Below are positions 28,598 through 38,227 of a stretch of 64,000 nt of DNA, in pieces (position 1 is the first letter of the stretch; each line of letters starts with the position of its first letter). The DNA comes from Gemmatimonadaceae bacterium. GTDB lineage: Bacteria > Gemmatimonadota > Gemmatimonadetes > Gemmatimonadales > Gemmatimonadaceae. Under the pieces are notes generated by a model. That model saw only the letters and a program-made list of their open reading frames with translations, was not told the DNA's origin and ran no database searches. The position numbers were made by a program, and so were the translations under genes. Where the stretch lies: assembly GCA_051859245.1 (NCBI GenBank), contig JBHYGA010000001.1, positions 1,149,722-1,213,721 of the forward strand, read 5' to 3'.

Positions 28598-30427
28598 ATG
28601 GAAATTCGCAATATCGCAATCGTCGCGCACGTCGACCACGGGAAGACCACTCTCGTCGACAAATTGCTGCGCCAGGCTGGTGCCTTTCGAGACAACCAGG
28701 TCGTTGAAGAACGTGTCATGGACTCGAACGCGCTCGAAAAAGAGCGTGGTATCACGATCCTTGCCAAGAACACCTCGGTCATATGGCGCGACACGAAAAT
28801 CAATATCGTGGACACGCCGGGACACGCCGATTTCGGCGGCGAGGTGGAGCGCATTCTGCGCATGGTCGACGCCGTGTTGCTCGTGGTCGATGCCTTCGAT
28901 GGCCCGATGCCGCAAACGCGCTTCGTTCTGCGTAAAGCGCTGGAGCTCGGTCGCACGCCGATCGTGATGATCAACAAGATCGATCGCCCGGGCGCCGATC
29001 CGCATCGTGTGCACGACGAGGTGCTGTCGCTCTTCATTGAGCTGGAAGCCAACGATCAGCAGCTCGATTTCGTGACCGTGTACGGCTCCGGCCGCGATGG
29101 CACAGCCACCATGGAGCTCGACCAGCCGCTGCAGGATCTCACGCCGCTGTTCGAAACGATTGTGAAAATGGTGCCGCCGCCGCCAAGTGATCGCACGGGG
29201 CCGTTCCAGATGCTCGTTTCAACGATCGACTACAACGCGTTCGTTGGTCGCATTGCAATTGGTCGTATCGAGCGTGGTACGGTGAAGGTGGGCGAGCAGG
29301 TGTTGCTCAACTCCATGGATACTACGAAAAAGCCGGAGCAGTCGCGCGTGACCAAGCTGTTCGGTTTCTCGGGTCTTGAGCGCGTCGAAACCGACTCGGC
29401 CGGCGCCGGAGAGATCGTGTGTCTGGCCGGACTTGAAGGCGTCGACATCGGTGACACCGTCACCGATCCGGCGTTCCCCGATCGTCTCGAAGGCATCACC
29501 GTCGAAGAGCCCACGATCTCTGTGGACTTCCTGGTGAACAACTCGCCGTTCGCTGGTAAAGAAGGCAAGTTCGTCACCTCGCGACAGCTGCGTGAGCGTC
29601 TCTTCAAGGAGCTCGAGCGAAACGTCGCATTGCGCGTGGAAGAGACGGACGCCACGGACACGTGGAGTGTCGCCGGTCGCGGCGAACTGCATCTTTCCAT
29701 TCTCATGGAAACGATGCGCCGCGAAGGCTTTGAGTTTCAGGTCTCACGCCCGAAAGTAATTTTGCGTGAGGGCGAGAACGGTCAGAAGCTCGAGCCGTAC
29801 GAAGAACTGTCCATCGACGTGCCCGAAGAGTACATGGGCGTGGTGTTTGAAAAGCTTGGACCGCGCAAAGCCGAAATGATCGAGATGCGTAATCCCGGTC
29901 AGGGCCTCGTGCGTCTCCAGTACAAGATTCCGGCGCGCGGTCTGTTTGGCTATCGCTCGGAGTTCCTCACCGATACGCGCGGCACCGGTCTCATGCATCA
30001 CCGGTTCCTCGAGTACGGAGAGTGGGCCGGTCCGTTGGCGGGTCGCATGCGCGGCACGCTGGTCTCTATGGAAAACGGCGTGACCGTGGCGTTTGCCTTG
30101 TGGAGTCTCGCGGAACGCTCGGTGTTGTTCGTGGATCCGGGCGCTGCCGTGTACGAGGGCATGATCATTGGTGAGAATGCACGTCCGGGCGACATGGACG
30201 TGAATCCCACCAAGGAAAAGAAGCTCACGAACATGCGTAGCAAGTCGTCAGACGAAGCCATGATTCTCGAGCCGCCCCGCATTCTCACGCTGGAGTCGGC
30301 GCTTGAGTACATCGAAGAAGATGAACTCATTGAGATCACACCGCAGAGCATTCGTTTGCGCAAGCGCACGCTGCTGGCCAGCGATCGCAAGCGTACGAAT
30401 CGCGAGGCCAAGCGCGATCGCGCCTGA
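28598..30427 (+). CDS. typA: Translational GTPase TypA/BipA
   Basis: [68 protein letters not shown]. Confidence 0.98.
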   Translation: MEIRNIAIVAHVDHGKTTLVDKLLRQAGAFRDNQVVEERVMDSNALEKERGITILAKNTSVIWRDTKINIVDTPGHADFGGEVERILRMVDAVLLVVDAFDGPMPQTRFVLRKALELGRTPIVMINKIDRPGADPHRVHDEVLSLFIELEANDQQLDFVTVYGSGRDGTATMELDQPLQDLTPLFETIVKMVPPPPSDRTGPFQMLVSTIDYNAFVGRIAIGRIERGTVKVGEQVLLNSMDTTKKPEQSRVTKLFGFSGLERVETDSAGAGEIVCLAGLEGVDIGDTVTDPAFPDRLEGITVEEPTISVDFLVNNSPFAGKEGKFVTSRQLRERLFKELERNVALRVEETDATDTWSVAGRGELHLSILMETMRREGFEFQVSRPKVILREGENGQKLEPYEELSIDVPEEYMGVVFEKLGPRKAEMIEMRNPGQGLVRLQYKIPARGLFGYRSEFLTDTRGTGLMHHRFLEYGEWAGPLAGRMRGTLVSMENGVTVAFALWSLAERSVLFVDPGAAVYEGMIIGENARPGDMDVNPTKEKKLTNMRSKSSDEAMILEPPRILTLESALEYIEEDELIEITPQSIRLRKRTLLASDRKRTNREAKRDRA

Positions 30428-30440
30428 CCTTTGCAGATAC

Positions 30441-30483
30441 AAAAAGCGCGGCGCACTCAACGTGAGTGCGCCGCGCTTTTTTT
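30441..30483. terminator. Bidirectional intrinsic terminator
   Basis: AAAAAGCGCGGCGCACTCA-acg-TGAGTGCGCCGCGCTTTTTTT between convergent genes. Confidence 0.93.
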
Positions 30484-30507
30484 ATGTGCGCCGATCGAGG
30501 CGTTTGC

Positions 30508-31581
30508 TTAGCGCAGCCACACCGCCACAAACTGTACGCCCTGTCCCGTTTCGATTGCGCGCCGCGCGGCGATGTCGCCTCCGGGTGCCCCGCAGTTGCC
30601 ATTGGGAGGCCAACGCTGCGTGAGCGTGCGCGACAGATCGGTGCGCGCGGCGTACGCTTCAACAAACTCCACTTTGTCGGCCCGAATCGCGTCAATCGGA
30701 AAGCCAGGGCGCGGCTGACCATCAACGAACACGCACGCTGCCCGTGTGAGAATGAGGCCGCTGTTCTGCACGCTCTCCGCCTGTTCGAGCGCCACGAGCA
30801 GGTTGGCCGTTTGTGAAGCGACCAACTCTTCGCGTGGCACGCGTACGGTACGCGGCGTGCGCCACTTCGCACGCGAATCAAGATCGCGCCAGATCCACTT
30901 GCTGTTGTCTGACACCTTTCCGCTGTCGAGCAGCACACTGAGTTCCACGCGCTCGCCGGCGTTCACCGAATACGAAATGAGCCGAGGCTCAAATCCAGTG
31001 CGCTCCACGCGAATTGCGCCCGGGCCGGGGAATTTTGTGGGCAGTACAAAACGGCCATCGGCGTCCGTGCGAACGGGGTCATCTCCGCCCACAAGAAAAA
31101 TTCTCACGCTATCGAGCGGCTCCATGCGTGCGAAGTCGCCCACCACGCCGCCCACCCCGGTCACCACCGCCTCGCTCGACGCCGAGGACAACTGTCTCGG
31201 CAACTCGGCGAGTTCGCTCGCCACGCGCGTGACGCCACGCCCGACCGTGAGCTCCTGTCGATCGCTCGTGAACCCCAGACGCTTCACCACCAGCGTGTAA
31301 CTGCCCGGCAGAAGTCGGGGAAGCGCGAAGGTGCCCGCATCTAATGTGCGGGCTCGGGAGACGGTGGCGCCGTCTTGTTCGATCAGCACCAGGGCGTCGG
31401 CAATGGGTGCGCCAGCGGCCGTCTTCACGGTGCCTCGCACGGTCGCCGTGGAGTCTGTTTGCGCGGCGAGTGACGAGGCTGAGAAGACCATCCACGCAAG
31501 CGCGCCGAAGGCCACGACGGCGGCTTTGTGCCATGGCGAGGCGCCTGGCGATGTCGCGTGTACAACGTGTGTATGTTGCAT
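30508..31581 (-). CDS. Secreted protein with two carboxypeptidase-regulatory-like (beta-sandwich) domains
   Basis: Signal peptide; VRGTVKTAAGAPIADALV...GSYTLVVKRLGF and VRTDADGRF...ERTGF repeats; plug-like C-terminus (VFVDG...IRADKVEFVEAY). Confidence 0.72.
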   Translation of the reverse strand: MQHTHVVHATSPGASPWHKAAVVAFGALAWMVFSASSLAAQTDSTATVRGTVKTAAGAPIADALVLIEQDGATVSRARTLDAGTFALPRLLPGSYTLVVKRLGFTSDRQELTVGRGVTRVASELAELPRQLSSASSEAVVTGVGGVVGDFARMEPLDSVRIFLVGGDDPVRTDADGRFVLPTKFPGPGAIRVERTGFEPRLISYSVNAGERVELSVLLDSGKVSDNSKWIWRDLDSRAKWRTPRTVRVPREELVASQTANLLVALEQAESVQNSGLILTRAACVFVDGQPRPGFPIDAIRADKVEFVEAYAARTDLSRTLTQRWPPNGNCGAPGGDIAARRAIETGQGVQFVAVWLR

Positions 31582-31637
31582 GGGACGCTTACCTGAAAAG
31601 GGGTCGAACAGTGGTTCTGAGGCTGGTACCCGCGCGT

Positions 31638-32582
31638 GTGACGGTGTTCCCAAGGTTCCAGGCGCTCACGCTGCTGCTGTTGGCCGCGTGTGGGGATCAG
31701 GCTGTGCGCGATACCGCTGCAACGGCTGCCTCCACGACGCCCACGGTGGTCGTGGCTGGCGTTGGCGCGCGAAACGAGCCGGCGCCCTGGCCAACGGCTG
31801 TCCCGCTCGCGGACACACTGCCTGATGACGCGTCAGGGATTCAGATTCGGCGCGGGCTGGCGCTGCTCTCCAACACGCGCGACAGCTTGCCCGCGAACGT
31901 TGGCAATGCCCTGCGCTGCGTCAGTTGTCATCTGGAAGCTGGCCGTCGCGCGAATGCGCTCCCATGGGTAGGCGTGCTCGCGCGCTTTCCCCAGTACCGC
32001 ACGCGCAACGCGTTGGTGAATCAGATCGAAGATCGCGTGAACGATTGTCTTGAGCGCAGTCTCGCCGGTCGCCCGTTGCCGCGTGATAGCGAGCAGATGC
32101 GTGCCATAGTCGCGTACTTCGAGTTTCTCTCGCGCGGCGTGCCCTACGGACGAAAGATTGTGGGGCAGGGCGCGCCAGCGATTCGGGCGGAGGTTGCGAA
32201 CGCGGCCAATGGCGAGACCGTGTACGCGGCGTCGTGCGTACGTTGTCATGGCGCGTCTGGCGAAGGCACGGAGCTGGCGCCGCCGTTGTGGGGCGCACAG
32301 TCGTACAACAACGGTGCCGGTATGGGTCGTGCCAGCACGGCGGCCGCGTTCATCCATGCGAACATGCCACTCGACGGACCCAATCTTTCCGCGCAACAGG
32401 CGCTGGATGTGGCCACCTACATCAACGCGCAGCCGCGGCCGGTGTTTGCCCGCGCCAGTGCCGACTGGCCGTTCGGTGGTGCACCGGTCGACGTACCGTA
32501 TGCCACAGCCGGGCGTAGCGTGGGCGCGAGTGTGTTGCCGCGCACGGAAACAACGGCGGTGGATTCCTCGCACCGCCGATAG
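31638..32582 (+). CDS. tsdA: Diheme c-type cytochrome, thiosulfate dehydrogenase TsdA-like lipoprotein
   Basis: Lipobox LAAC; CVSCH and CVRCH; EDRVNDCLERS with the active-site Cys; PPLWG..SYNNGAGM; ANMP. Start uncertain (31638 or 31644). Confidence 0.8.
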   Translation: MTVFPRFQALTLLLLAACGDQAVRDTAATAASTTPTVVVAGVGARNEPAPWPTAVPLADTLPDDASGIQIRRGLALLSNTRDSLPANVGNALRCVSCHLEAGRRANALPWVGVLARFPQYRTRNALVNQIEDRVNDCLERSLAGRPLPRDSEQMRAIVAYFEFLSRGVPYGRKIVGQGAPAIRAEVANAANGETVYAASCVRCHGASGEGTELAPPLWGAQSYNNGAGMGRASTAAAFIHANMPLDGPNLSAQQALDVATYINAQPRPVFARASADWPFGGAPVDVPYATAGRSVGASVLPRTETTAVDSSHRR

Positions 32583-32785
32583 CGTGCGCCGGTCCGAAAT
32601 CGCGCGAGTTGCACCATTTCTCTCGCGGGTAGTTGCGGCCCGCACTGCATCTGTCGATACTCCCCCTCGGCGCCTCGCGCGGGGCATTGCGCCGTTGCCC
32701 CCGCAGGTGCAGGATGGACAGTCAGCGTCCGCTTCTGGTGCGCTGCGCCTGTCCGTGCAATGTCACTCTTCTGGAGAATCCGCTC

Positions 32786-33163
32786 ATGCAGGAGCTGTTC
32801 GGGTCGTGGTCGTGGGATGCATCGAATGACGAAGATGGTGCGTTCCGCTTGACACACCCGCTCGTGGCCGGCAGTGCTGTCGCGTTTGCTGCGCTCGACG
32901 ATGATGAAGAAGATCAGATTGACGAAGATGATGACGTCGATTTCGATGATGAGGATGATCTCGATGACGACGATGATCTTGACGACGATCTGGACGAAGA
33001 TGATCTCGACGACGATGACGACGACGATGATCTGGACGACGATGATGATGACGATGACGACGATGAAGACGAAGAGGACGATCTCTTCGTGGATCTCGAT
33101 GATGACTACGACGTAGACGACGACGAGGATGATCGTCCGGGCCGTCCAGTCGACGAAGATTGA
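32786..33163 (+). CDS. Extremely acidic (poly-Asp) protein, 125 aa
   Basis: GGAGA SD before the ATG; about 70 of 125 residues are D/E, with mixed GAT/GAC codons. Confidence 0.75.
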   Translation: MQELFGSWSWDASNDEDGAFRLTHPLVAGSAVAFAALDDDEEDQIDEDDDVDFDDEDDLDDDDDLDDDLDEDDLDDDDDDDDLDDDDDDDDDDEDEEDDLFVDLDDDYDVDDDEDDRPGRPVDED

Positions 33164-33193
33164 TCCGTCTGACGTCCCGTTCGCTGTGCTTTG

Positions 33194-33222
33194 TTGACGG
33201 CGGGGCGTCAGGCCGTTACCGT
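33194..33222 (+). promoter_or_regulatory. Putative sigma70 promoter of the tRNA gene
   Basis: TTGACG-17 bp-TACCGT, about 50 bp upstream of the tRNA. Confidence 0.5.
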
Positions 33223-33271
33223 TATCGGTCTGTCCAGCAACGCGCGGTTTGGCGCTGCTGGACACGGTGCC

Positions 33272-33345
<74 letters not shown>

Positions 33346-33405
33346 TACCCGACATCTGCTGTGGCTTCGAATCTGTTTAAAACGTGATGTCGTGATGTTT
33401 TGCCT

Positions 33406-33440
33406 CAGGGCCCGGTGCACACCGGGCCCTGTTGCGTTTT
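33406..33440 (+). terminator. Hairpin terminator downstream of tRNA-Ile
   Basis: CAGGGCCCGGT-gcac-ACCGGGCCCTG followed by TTGCGTTTT. Confidence 0.72.
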
Positions 33441-33455
33441 CGCCTCGGCCCGAAC

Positions 33456-33575
33456 TGTCACATCCTGCGACCCGTGCCACAGACCTGACGGCCACGTGCC
33501 GATTCTGTGACGGCGGTGCCGGACGGCAGGCCAAGAGTGTGACGCCAGCCCCTCGCCTTGCGTCCCCCGTGTGAC
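33456..33575 (+). repeat. Three TGTGAC direct repeats at exact 32-bp spacing (33506, 33538, 33570) plus one inverted copy (TGTCACA 33456)
   Basis: Counted directly in the intergenic region upstream of the pilT-like gene. Confidence 0.5.
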
Positions 33576-33593
33576 TTCTACTCTCGGGACGCA

Positions 33594-35177
33594 ATGACAC
33601 GTTTGACGGCTTCGCTCGAAACCATTCTCCAGGTTCTGCATGATCGCGGTATGGACGATGTCCTGCTGCGAGAGGGCAATCCGGTGCAACTGCGAAAGGG
33701 CGACAAGTCATTTCCGGTGAGTCGCGACGTGCTCGGTCGCGAGCAGATCCTGCGTATGCTCGATCACACGCATGAAGGGGACGTGCCGTGGCCCACCGAG
33801 TTTTCTCTCGCGGACGGTCGCGGGGTCACGGTCGAAGTGGCCGGGCCATCTGATGCATCGCAGCCGCTTGAGGTCGTGCTGGCACGCCGACGTGGCGATA
33901 CCCCGCGCGGCGCACAGGCGGTGCCCACACCGCTCTCCACCGATGCCCTGATGCAAGAGCCTGTGCTTCGAGCGTCCGATGCGACGGTTGCGCCATCGTC
34001 GGTGCAGCACCCCGCGCGCCGCGTGACCGATCATTCGTGGGGCCCGTTCGCGTCGCGCGCGCTCGCTCTGGCCGAACTCGAGCGCTTGCTGCGCAAACAG
34101 GTGGAGGCCGGCGCCGCTGACTTGCATTTGCGCGTGGGCGAACCGCCCGTGCTGCGTCGCCGCGGCGATCTCGAGCGCATGGAAGGCGAACCGGCGCTCG
34201 ACGACGCGCGACTCACGGCCATGGTGACGGCGGCCATGCCGCCGAAGAACGAAGCCGAGTTTGCGGAGTTGTCGGATACCGACTTTGCGCACGAAATCGA
34301 AGGTCTCTCGCGCTTTCGTGCCAACGCGCTGAAAGACCGGAAAGGCACGGCCGCGGTGCTGCGTACGATCGCGTCGGAAACGGTCACCGTTGACGAAATG
34401 GGCATCAGCCCCGAAGTCCGTCAGCTGTGCTATCTGAGCAAAGGACTCGTGCTGGTGACCGGTCCCACGGGATCAGGCAAATCCACCACGATGTGCGCGT
34501 TGATTGATCTGATCAATCGCACACGCAACGATCATATCATCACGATCGAAGACCCGATTGAGTTCGTTCACAAGAACAAGCAGTGCCTGATCACGCAGCG
34601 ACAGGTTGGTGTGCATACCACCAGCTTCAAGAGCGCGCTGCGGGCCGCGCTGCGCGAAGATCCGGACGTTGTGCTGGTTGGTGAGTTGCGCGATCTTGAA
34701 ACGGTGGCCATTGCCATTGAGACGGCGGAAACGGGCCATCTTGTGTTTGGCACATTGCACACGGCGACCGCAGCCGGTACCGTGGACCGTATCATTGACC
34801 AGTTTCCAGCCGACCGTCAGGAGCAGATTCGCGTGATGCTGGCCGAATCGCTGAAGGGTGTGGTGTCGCAGACGCTGCTCAAGCGCACGAGCGGTGGGCG
34901 CATTGCGGCGCGCGAAATCATGATTGTGAACAGCGCCATCTCCAATCTCATCCGCGAAGGCAAGACGGTGCAGATTCCGTCCATCATTCAGACCAACAAG
35001 CGTTTGGGCATGGTGATGCTGAACGACGCGCTGATGGACCTGGTGAACGCCGGCGAAGTGGATCCGCTCGAGGCGTATACAAAAGCGGTGGACAAGGGCA
35101 ATCTCGCGGAACGTCTCAAGTCCAAGGGGTTCGACGTGGCCGTGATGCAGCGCCAACGTGACGCGATGGGTGCCTGA
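33594..35177 (+). CDS. pilT: Type IV pilus retraction ATPase PilT/PilU family, with an extra N-terminal domain
   Basis: ADLHLRVGEPP, VTGPTGSGKSTT, TIEDPIEF, ALREDPDVVLVGELRD, AETGHLVFGTLH, NLIREGK. Confidence 0.9.
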   Translation: MTRLTASLETILQVLHDRGMDDVLLREGNPVQLRKGDKSFPVSRDVLGREQILRMLDHTHEGDVPWPTEFSLADGRGVTVEVAGPSDASQPLEVVLARRRGDTPRGAQAVPTPLSTDALMQEPVLRASDATVAPSSVQHPARRVTDHSWGPFASRALALAELERLLRKQVEAGAADLHLRVGEPPVLRRRGDLERMEGEPALDDARLTAMVTAAMPPKNEAEFAELSDTDFAHEIEGLSRFRANALKDRKGTAAVLRTIASETVTVDEMGISPEVRQLCYLSKGLVLVTGPTGSGKSTTMCALIDLINRTRNDHIITIEDPIEFVHKNKQCLITQRQVGVHTTSFKSALRAALREDPDVVLVGELRDLETVAIAIETAETGHLVFGTLHTATAAGTVDRIIDQFPADRQEQIRVMLAESLKGVVSQTLLKRTSGGRIAAREIMIVNSAISNLIREGKTVQIPSIIQTNKRLGMVMLNDALMDLVNAGEVDPLEAYTKAVDKGNLAERLKSKGFDVAVMQRQRDAMGA

Positions 35178-35202
35178 CGTTCGTGCGTAACGGCTGGGTG
35201 GT

Positions 35203-35691
35203 GTGCGCGTGACTGGCCGCCGCGAACCGCGCGTGACGGCTGGCGTGTTAGCGCCGCCTCCTGTTTTTCCTGCACTGGTGATTGTGCTGTCGGAGGTCGC
35301 CCGTGCGGTGCGACCGATCGTGGCGCCGTGGGACACGCGTACGTGGAGTTGGTTGGTCGCGCTGGGGCTGCTGTTCGCCGCGCTCACGTTGTTAATCGGA
35401 GCGTTCGTGGTGTTTCGGCGCGCGCGCACTCCCGTGGAACCGTGGAAACAAACGCGTGCGATTGTGGCCGATGGGCCGTACGCGTTCTCGCGCAACCCGA
35501 TTTATCTGGCGTTTCTGCTCATTCAGCTTGCGTACGCCGTGGCCCGCCCGAACGTGTGGGGCGCGTTGCTGCTACCGCTGAGCGTTGCCGCGCTGCATTG
35601 GGCCGTCATCGTGCGGGAGGAGCGCTATCTCGAGCAGCTGTTCGGCGATGAATACCGCACGTACCGCGCTCGCGTGCGGCGATGGTTGTAG
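35203..35691 (+). CDS. Isoprenylcysteine carboxylmethyltransferase / PEMT family membrane protein
   Basis: GPYAFSRNPIYLA, REERYLEQLFGDEYRTYRARVRRWL. Start uncertain. Confidence 0.85.
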   Translation: MRVTGRREPRVTAGVLAPPPVFPALVIVLSEVARAVRPIVAPWDTRTWSWLVALGLLFAALTLLIGAFVVFRRARTPVEPWKQTRAIVADGPYAFSRNPIYLAFLLIQLAYAVARPNVWGALLLPLSVAALHWAVIVREERYLEQLFGDEYRTYRARVRRWL

Positions 35692-35731
35692 CGCCACGGC
35701 CCAACGGATCAGGCTGAACCACGCCGCCTGG

Positions 35732-36667
35732 TTACGGCGCGGACGCTCCGGCGCTGGTTACCCACGCTGTCCACCAGAGGTCTCGCAACATGTTCGCACC
35801 GGCCGCGAGCCGCGCGGCGGTGAACTGTTTGTTCTCCGCCGCACGCGTATCAATGCCCCACGCGTCTTTTTTGTCGAGCGCGTAGAGGCGTTCAACGTGC
35901 GTGTTGCTTTCGTTGATGTACGCAATGATCGCGCCGCGCACATCGCGATGCACCTGGACATCTGCCCGTACGAGCGACTTCACATCGGACTGTTCAATGT
36001 GCGCCTGCACATACGCCGTTTCAAACCGGCCATGAAATGCACGATCCGTTGCGTACGCATTGGGGTTTGCACCGGCCCAGCCATTGTAGTGAATCGTGGT
36101 GTGGGCTGGATTCGCCGCGTCGGCAACGTAGTGGCCGAGTATGCCCGCGTCGTTGAGAATGCGCGCTTCAATCCACGAACGTGTGGCCGAGTCGGGCGCC
36201 GTGCGCCACATGCGAAACTCCTGCCGCAAACGCTGCGTGAGTTCGAGCATCGAGAATGGCAGGAAGCCCATTGTCACGGCGTCCACACCCGCGGCGCGCA
36301 GCGTGTCCGCGTAGGCGTAGCGGTGCGGCGCCTTCAGCGCAGCCGCCAGTACGGCGGGCGTCGCCATTTCGAGATCAACAAAATGATCTGCATTGAACGC
36401 ACCATCGAGGGCCGGATCGAGATCGCGCTCCGCACGCGCCTTCCATCGATCCGGCTCAGGATTCAAGTACGCAAGCTGATCAGCCGCGGCGCGAAAGAAT
36501 GCCGGCATGGAATCGGGAAGCGATTCCGCGGCCACCGCGCCTACGATGCGGTGACCTTTGGCTCCCCATGCAAAAATGGATGAGGGGAGCAGCAGCGCCG
36601 CGAACACCAGAGCAAAGGCGGCGGTAGTGCGCACGCGAGGAGACGGGGTCGATCGATTCAGTGACAT
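35732..36667 (-). CDS. Secreted S1/P1-family nuclease (zinc phospholipase C/nuclease fold)
   Basis: Signal peptide then WGAKGH, PDRWK, HFVD, GHYVADAANPAHTT, FHGRFE. Confidence 0.85.
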   Translation of the reverse strand: MSLNRSTPSPRVRTTAAFALVFAALLLPSSIFAWGAKGHRIVGAVAAESLPDSMPAFFRAAADQLAYLNPEPDRWKARAERDLDPALDGAFNADHFVDLEMATPAVLAAALKAPHRYAYADTLRAAGVDAVTMGFLPFSMLELTQRLRQEFRMWRTAPDSATRSWIEARILNDAGILGHYVADAANPAHTTIHYNGWAGANPNAYATDRAFHGRFETAYVQAHIEQSDVKSLVRADVQVHRDVRGAIIAYINESNTHVERLYALDKKDAWGIDTRAAENKQFTAARLAAGANMLRDLWWTAWVTSAGASAP

Positions 36668-36744
36668 GTCCGAAGGTTAGCCAGCGCGGACAGCCTTGTC
36701 ACTCGTGTGGATGCACCGACTACATGAGACCAGGGCGCCGCGCA

Positions 36745-37947
36745 TCAGCCATGCACCGGCAGTCGAATCTCCACGGTGCAACCGCCGCCGGTGGAGTTGG
36801 TCATGCGAAAGGCATAACGATCCCCGTACAACATGGCGAGGCGCGTGCGCGTGTTGGTGAGTCCAATGCCGAGTCCATCAACGCTGGGCGTCGCCGCCAG
36901 GAATCGTCCGCTGTCGGTGATGCGCCCGTCCAATCCACGTCCGTTGTCTTCCACGCGCAGCTCGAGCATCGGACCGAGGCGTCGCGCACTGACTTGCACC
37001 GACTGTCCGGTGCGCCCTGGCCAGATGCCATGCTTGAGCGCGTTTTCCACGAGCGGTTGCAGGACAAAACTCGGCACATCGAGATCCACCGCCGCCGGAT
37101 CCACATCAATGTCAATCGAGAGGCCGTCGCCGTAACGCACACGCGCGACTTGCAGATAGAGTTCGACCAGCTCGATCTCGCGCCACAGCGGAATCGTGGG
37201 TGATGCGGCGGTGCGCAGTGAAAGTCGTAGCAAATCACTCACTGAGCTCAACGCACGTTGCGCCTGGCGTACGTCCATTTCCATCAGTTCTGTAACCGAG
37301 TTGAGCGCATTGAACAGAAAATGCGGATTGAGCTGCATGCGCAGCGCTTCCAACTGTTGCAACGACAAGCGCTCTTCGAGTTCCGTGGCTACACGATCGC
37401 GCTCTCGATAACGTCGCACGAACTCCACCATGTACGCCGCGCCCAGAATGGCCCAGTACATCATGAACTGAAAATCGAGATGCGACACGGCTGTTCGTAC
37501 GAACACATCCGCGTACTGCGGCATCACACCGCGCCACGGCGTGAAGCGCCAGTCCAACCATCCGATCACGATCGCACTTGCGACCATCACGATTGCAGAC
37601 GCGAAAAGGTGGGTACCCAGCCATATGCGCACACGTCCGGCGCGCAGCGGAACGCGATCGACCAGCGTCAGAATGCCCTGTGACCAGATGGCCCACACCA
37701 TCCAGCAGGACACCTGCCAGGCGAGCGCGGCGCCGAGCGAAATTGGTCGCGGCGCACCGCGCGAGGAGAACCACACGGCCAATCCGGCGATCGCGCCGGG
37801 CACCAGCCAGATGCACGCGAAGAGCACGCGGGTCCATAAACGCAGCCGTCGGCCTTCATCCGCAATGGTGATGGTCGCCGGCGACGCGGTGCCACGTGGC
37901 CCCGCGCTACGGTCGGCGGATGGGGACGAAACGGACGAGGAGGTCAC
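36745..37947 (-). CDS. LytS/YehU-family membrane sensor histidine kinase
   Basis: TM helices; LRMQLNPHFLFNALNS, LQPLVENALKHG, VEDNGRG, GIGLTNTRTRL. Confidence 0.93.
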   Translation of the reverse strand: MTSSSVSSPSADRSAGPRGTASPATITIADEGRRLRLWTRVLFACIWLVPGAIAGLAVWFSSRGAPRPISLGAALAWQVSCWMVWAIWSQGILTLVDRVPLRAGRVRIWLGTHLFASAIVMVASAIVIGWLDWRFTPWRGVMPQYADVFVRTAVSHLDFQFMMYWAILGAAYMVEFVRRYRERDRVATELEERLSLQQLEALRMQLNPHFLFNALNSVTELMEMDVRQAQRALSSVSDLLRLSLRTAASPTIPLWREIELVELYLQVARVRYGDGLSIDIDVDPAAVDLDVPSFVLQPLVENALKHGIWPGRTGQSVQVSARRLGPMLELRVEDNGRGLDGRITDSGRFLAATPSVDGLGIGLTNTRTRLAMLYGDRYAFRMTNSTGGGCTVEIRLPVHG

Positions 37948-38026
37948 GACACGATGGCTGAATGAGACAAGCGGAGTGAATGCGAATTGTCGGCAAACCC
38001 GATGGCCGCGCGTGCACCGGATGAGA

Positions 38027-38122
38027 CCGGTTCAAAGCAACGACTGTGCGGTTCGCGGTGTCCAAGTCGGCACGTTAGTCGCTGATCGTCGTGGCAGCGA
38101 GGGTCACGTGACAGGCCGTTCG
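38027..38122. promoter_or_regulatory. Putative LytTR-binding direct repeats: CCGGTTCA / GCGGTTCG at 21-bp period, plus weaker CACGTTAG and GCCGTTCG
   Basis: CGGTTC at 38028 and 38049 in the divergent kinase/regulator intergenic region. Confidence 0.5.
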
Positions 38123-38227
38123 ACGAAAGAAACCGATCGCGTTGGCGTACGTAAGGGAGCAGATCGCGGCCGGGCGAGACTTCGCTGGCGCACGTTGGCG
38201 GTACGGGACCACCTGACCGGGGGAGCA

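Noticed and set aside
32897..33135. GAY-rich tract as a microsatellite or repeat array
   Set aside because: Mixed GAT/GAC/GAA codons in one frame with SD and stop are better explained as a poly-Asp coding region.
33506..33575. Mini-CRISPR interpretation of the 32-bp periodic motif
   Set aside because: The repeat is only 6 bp and there are no cas genes.
37541..38227. Long N-terminal extension of the LytTR regulator; similar extensions at 2827, 6936, 12577, 31344 and 47834
   Set aside because: These overlap neighbouring genes or intergenic DNA and are artefacts of taking the first possible start codon.
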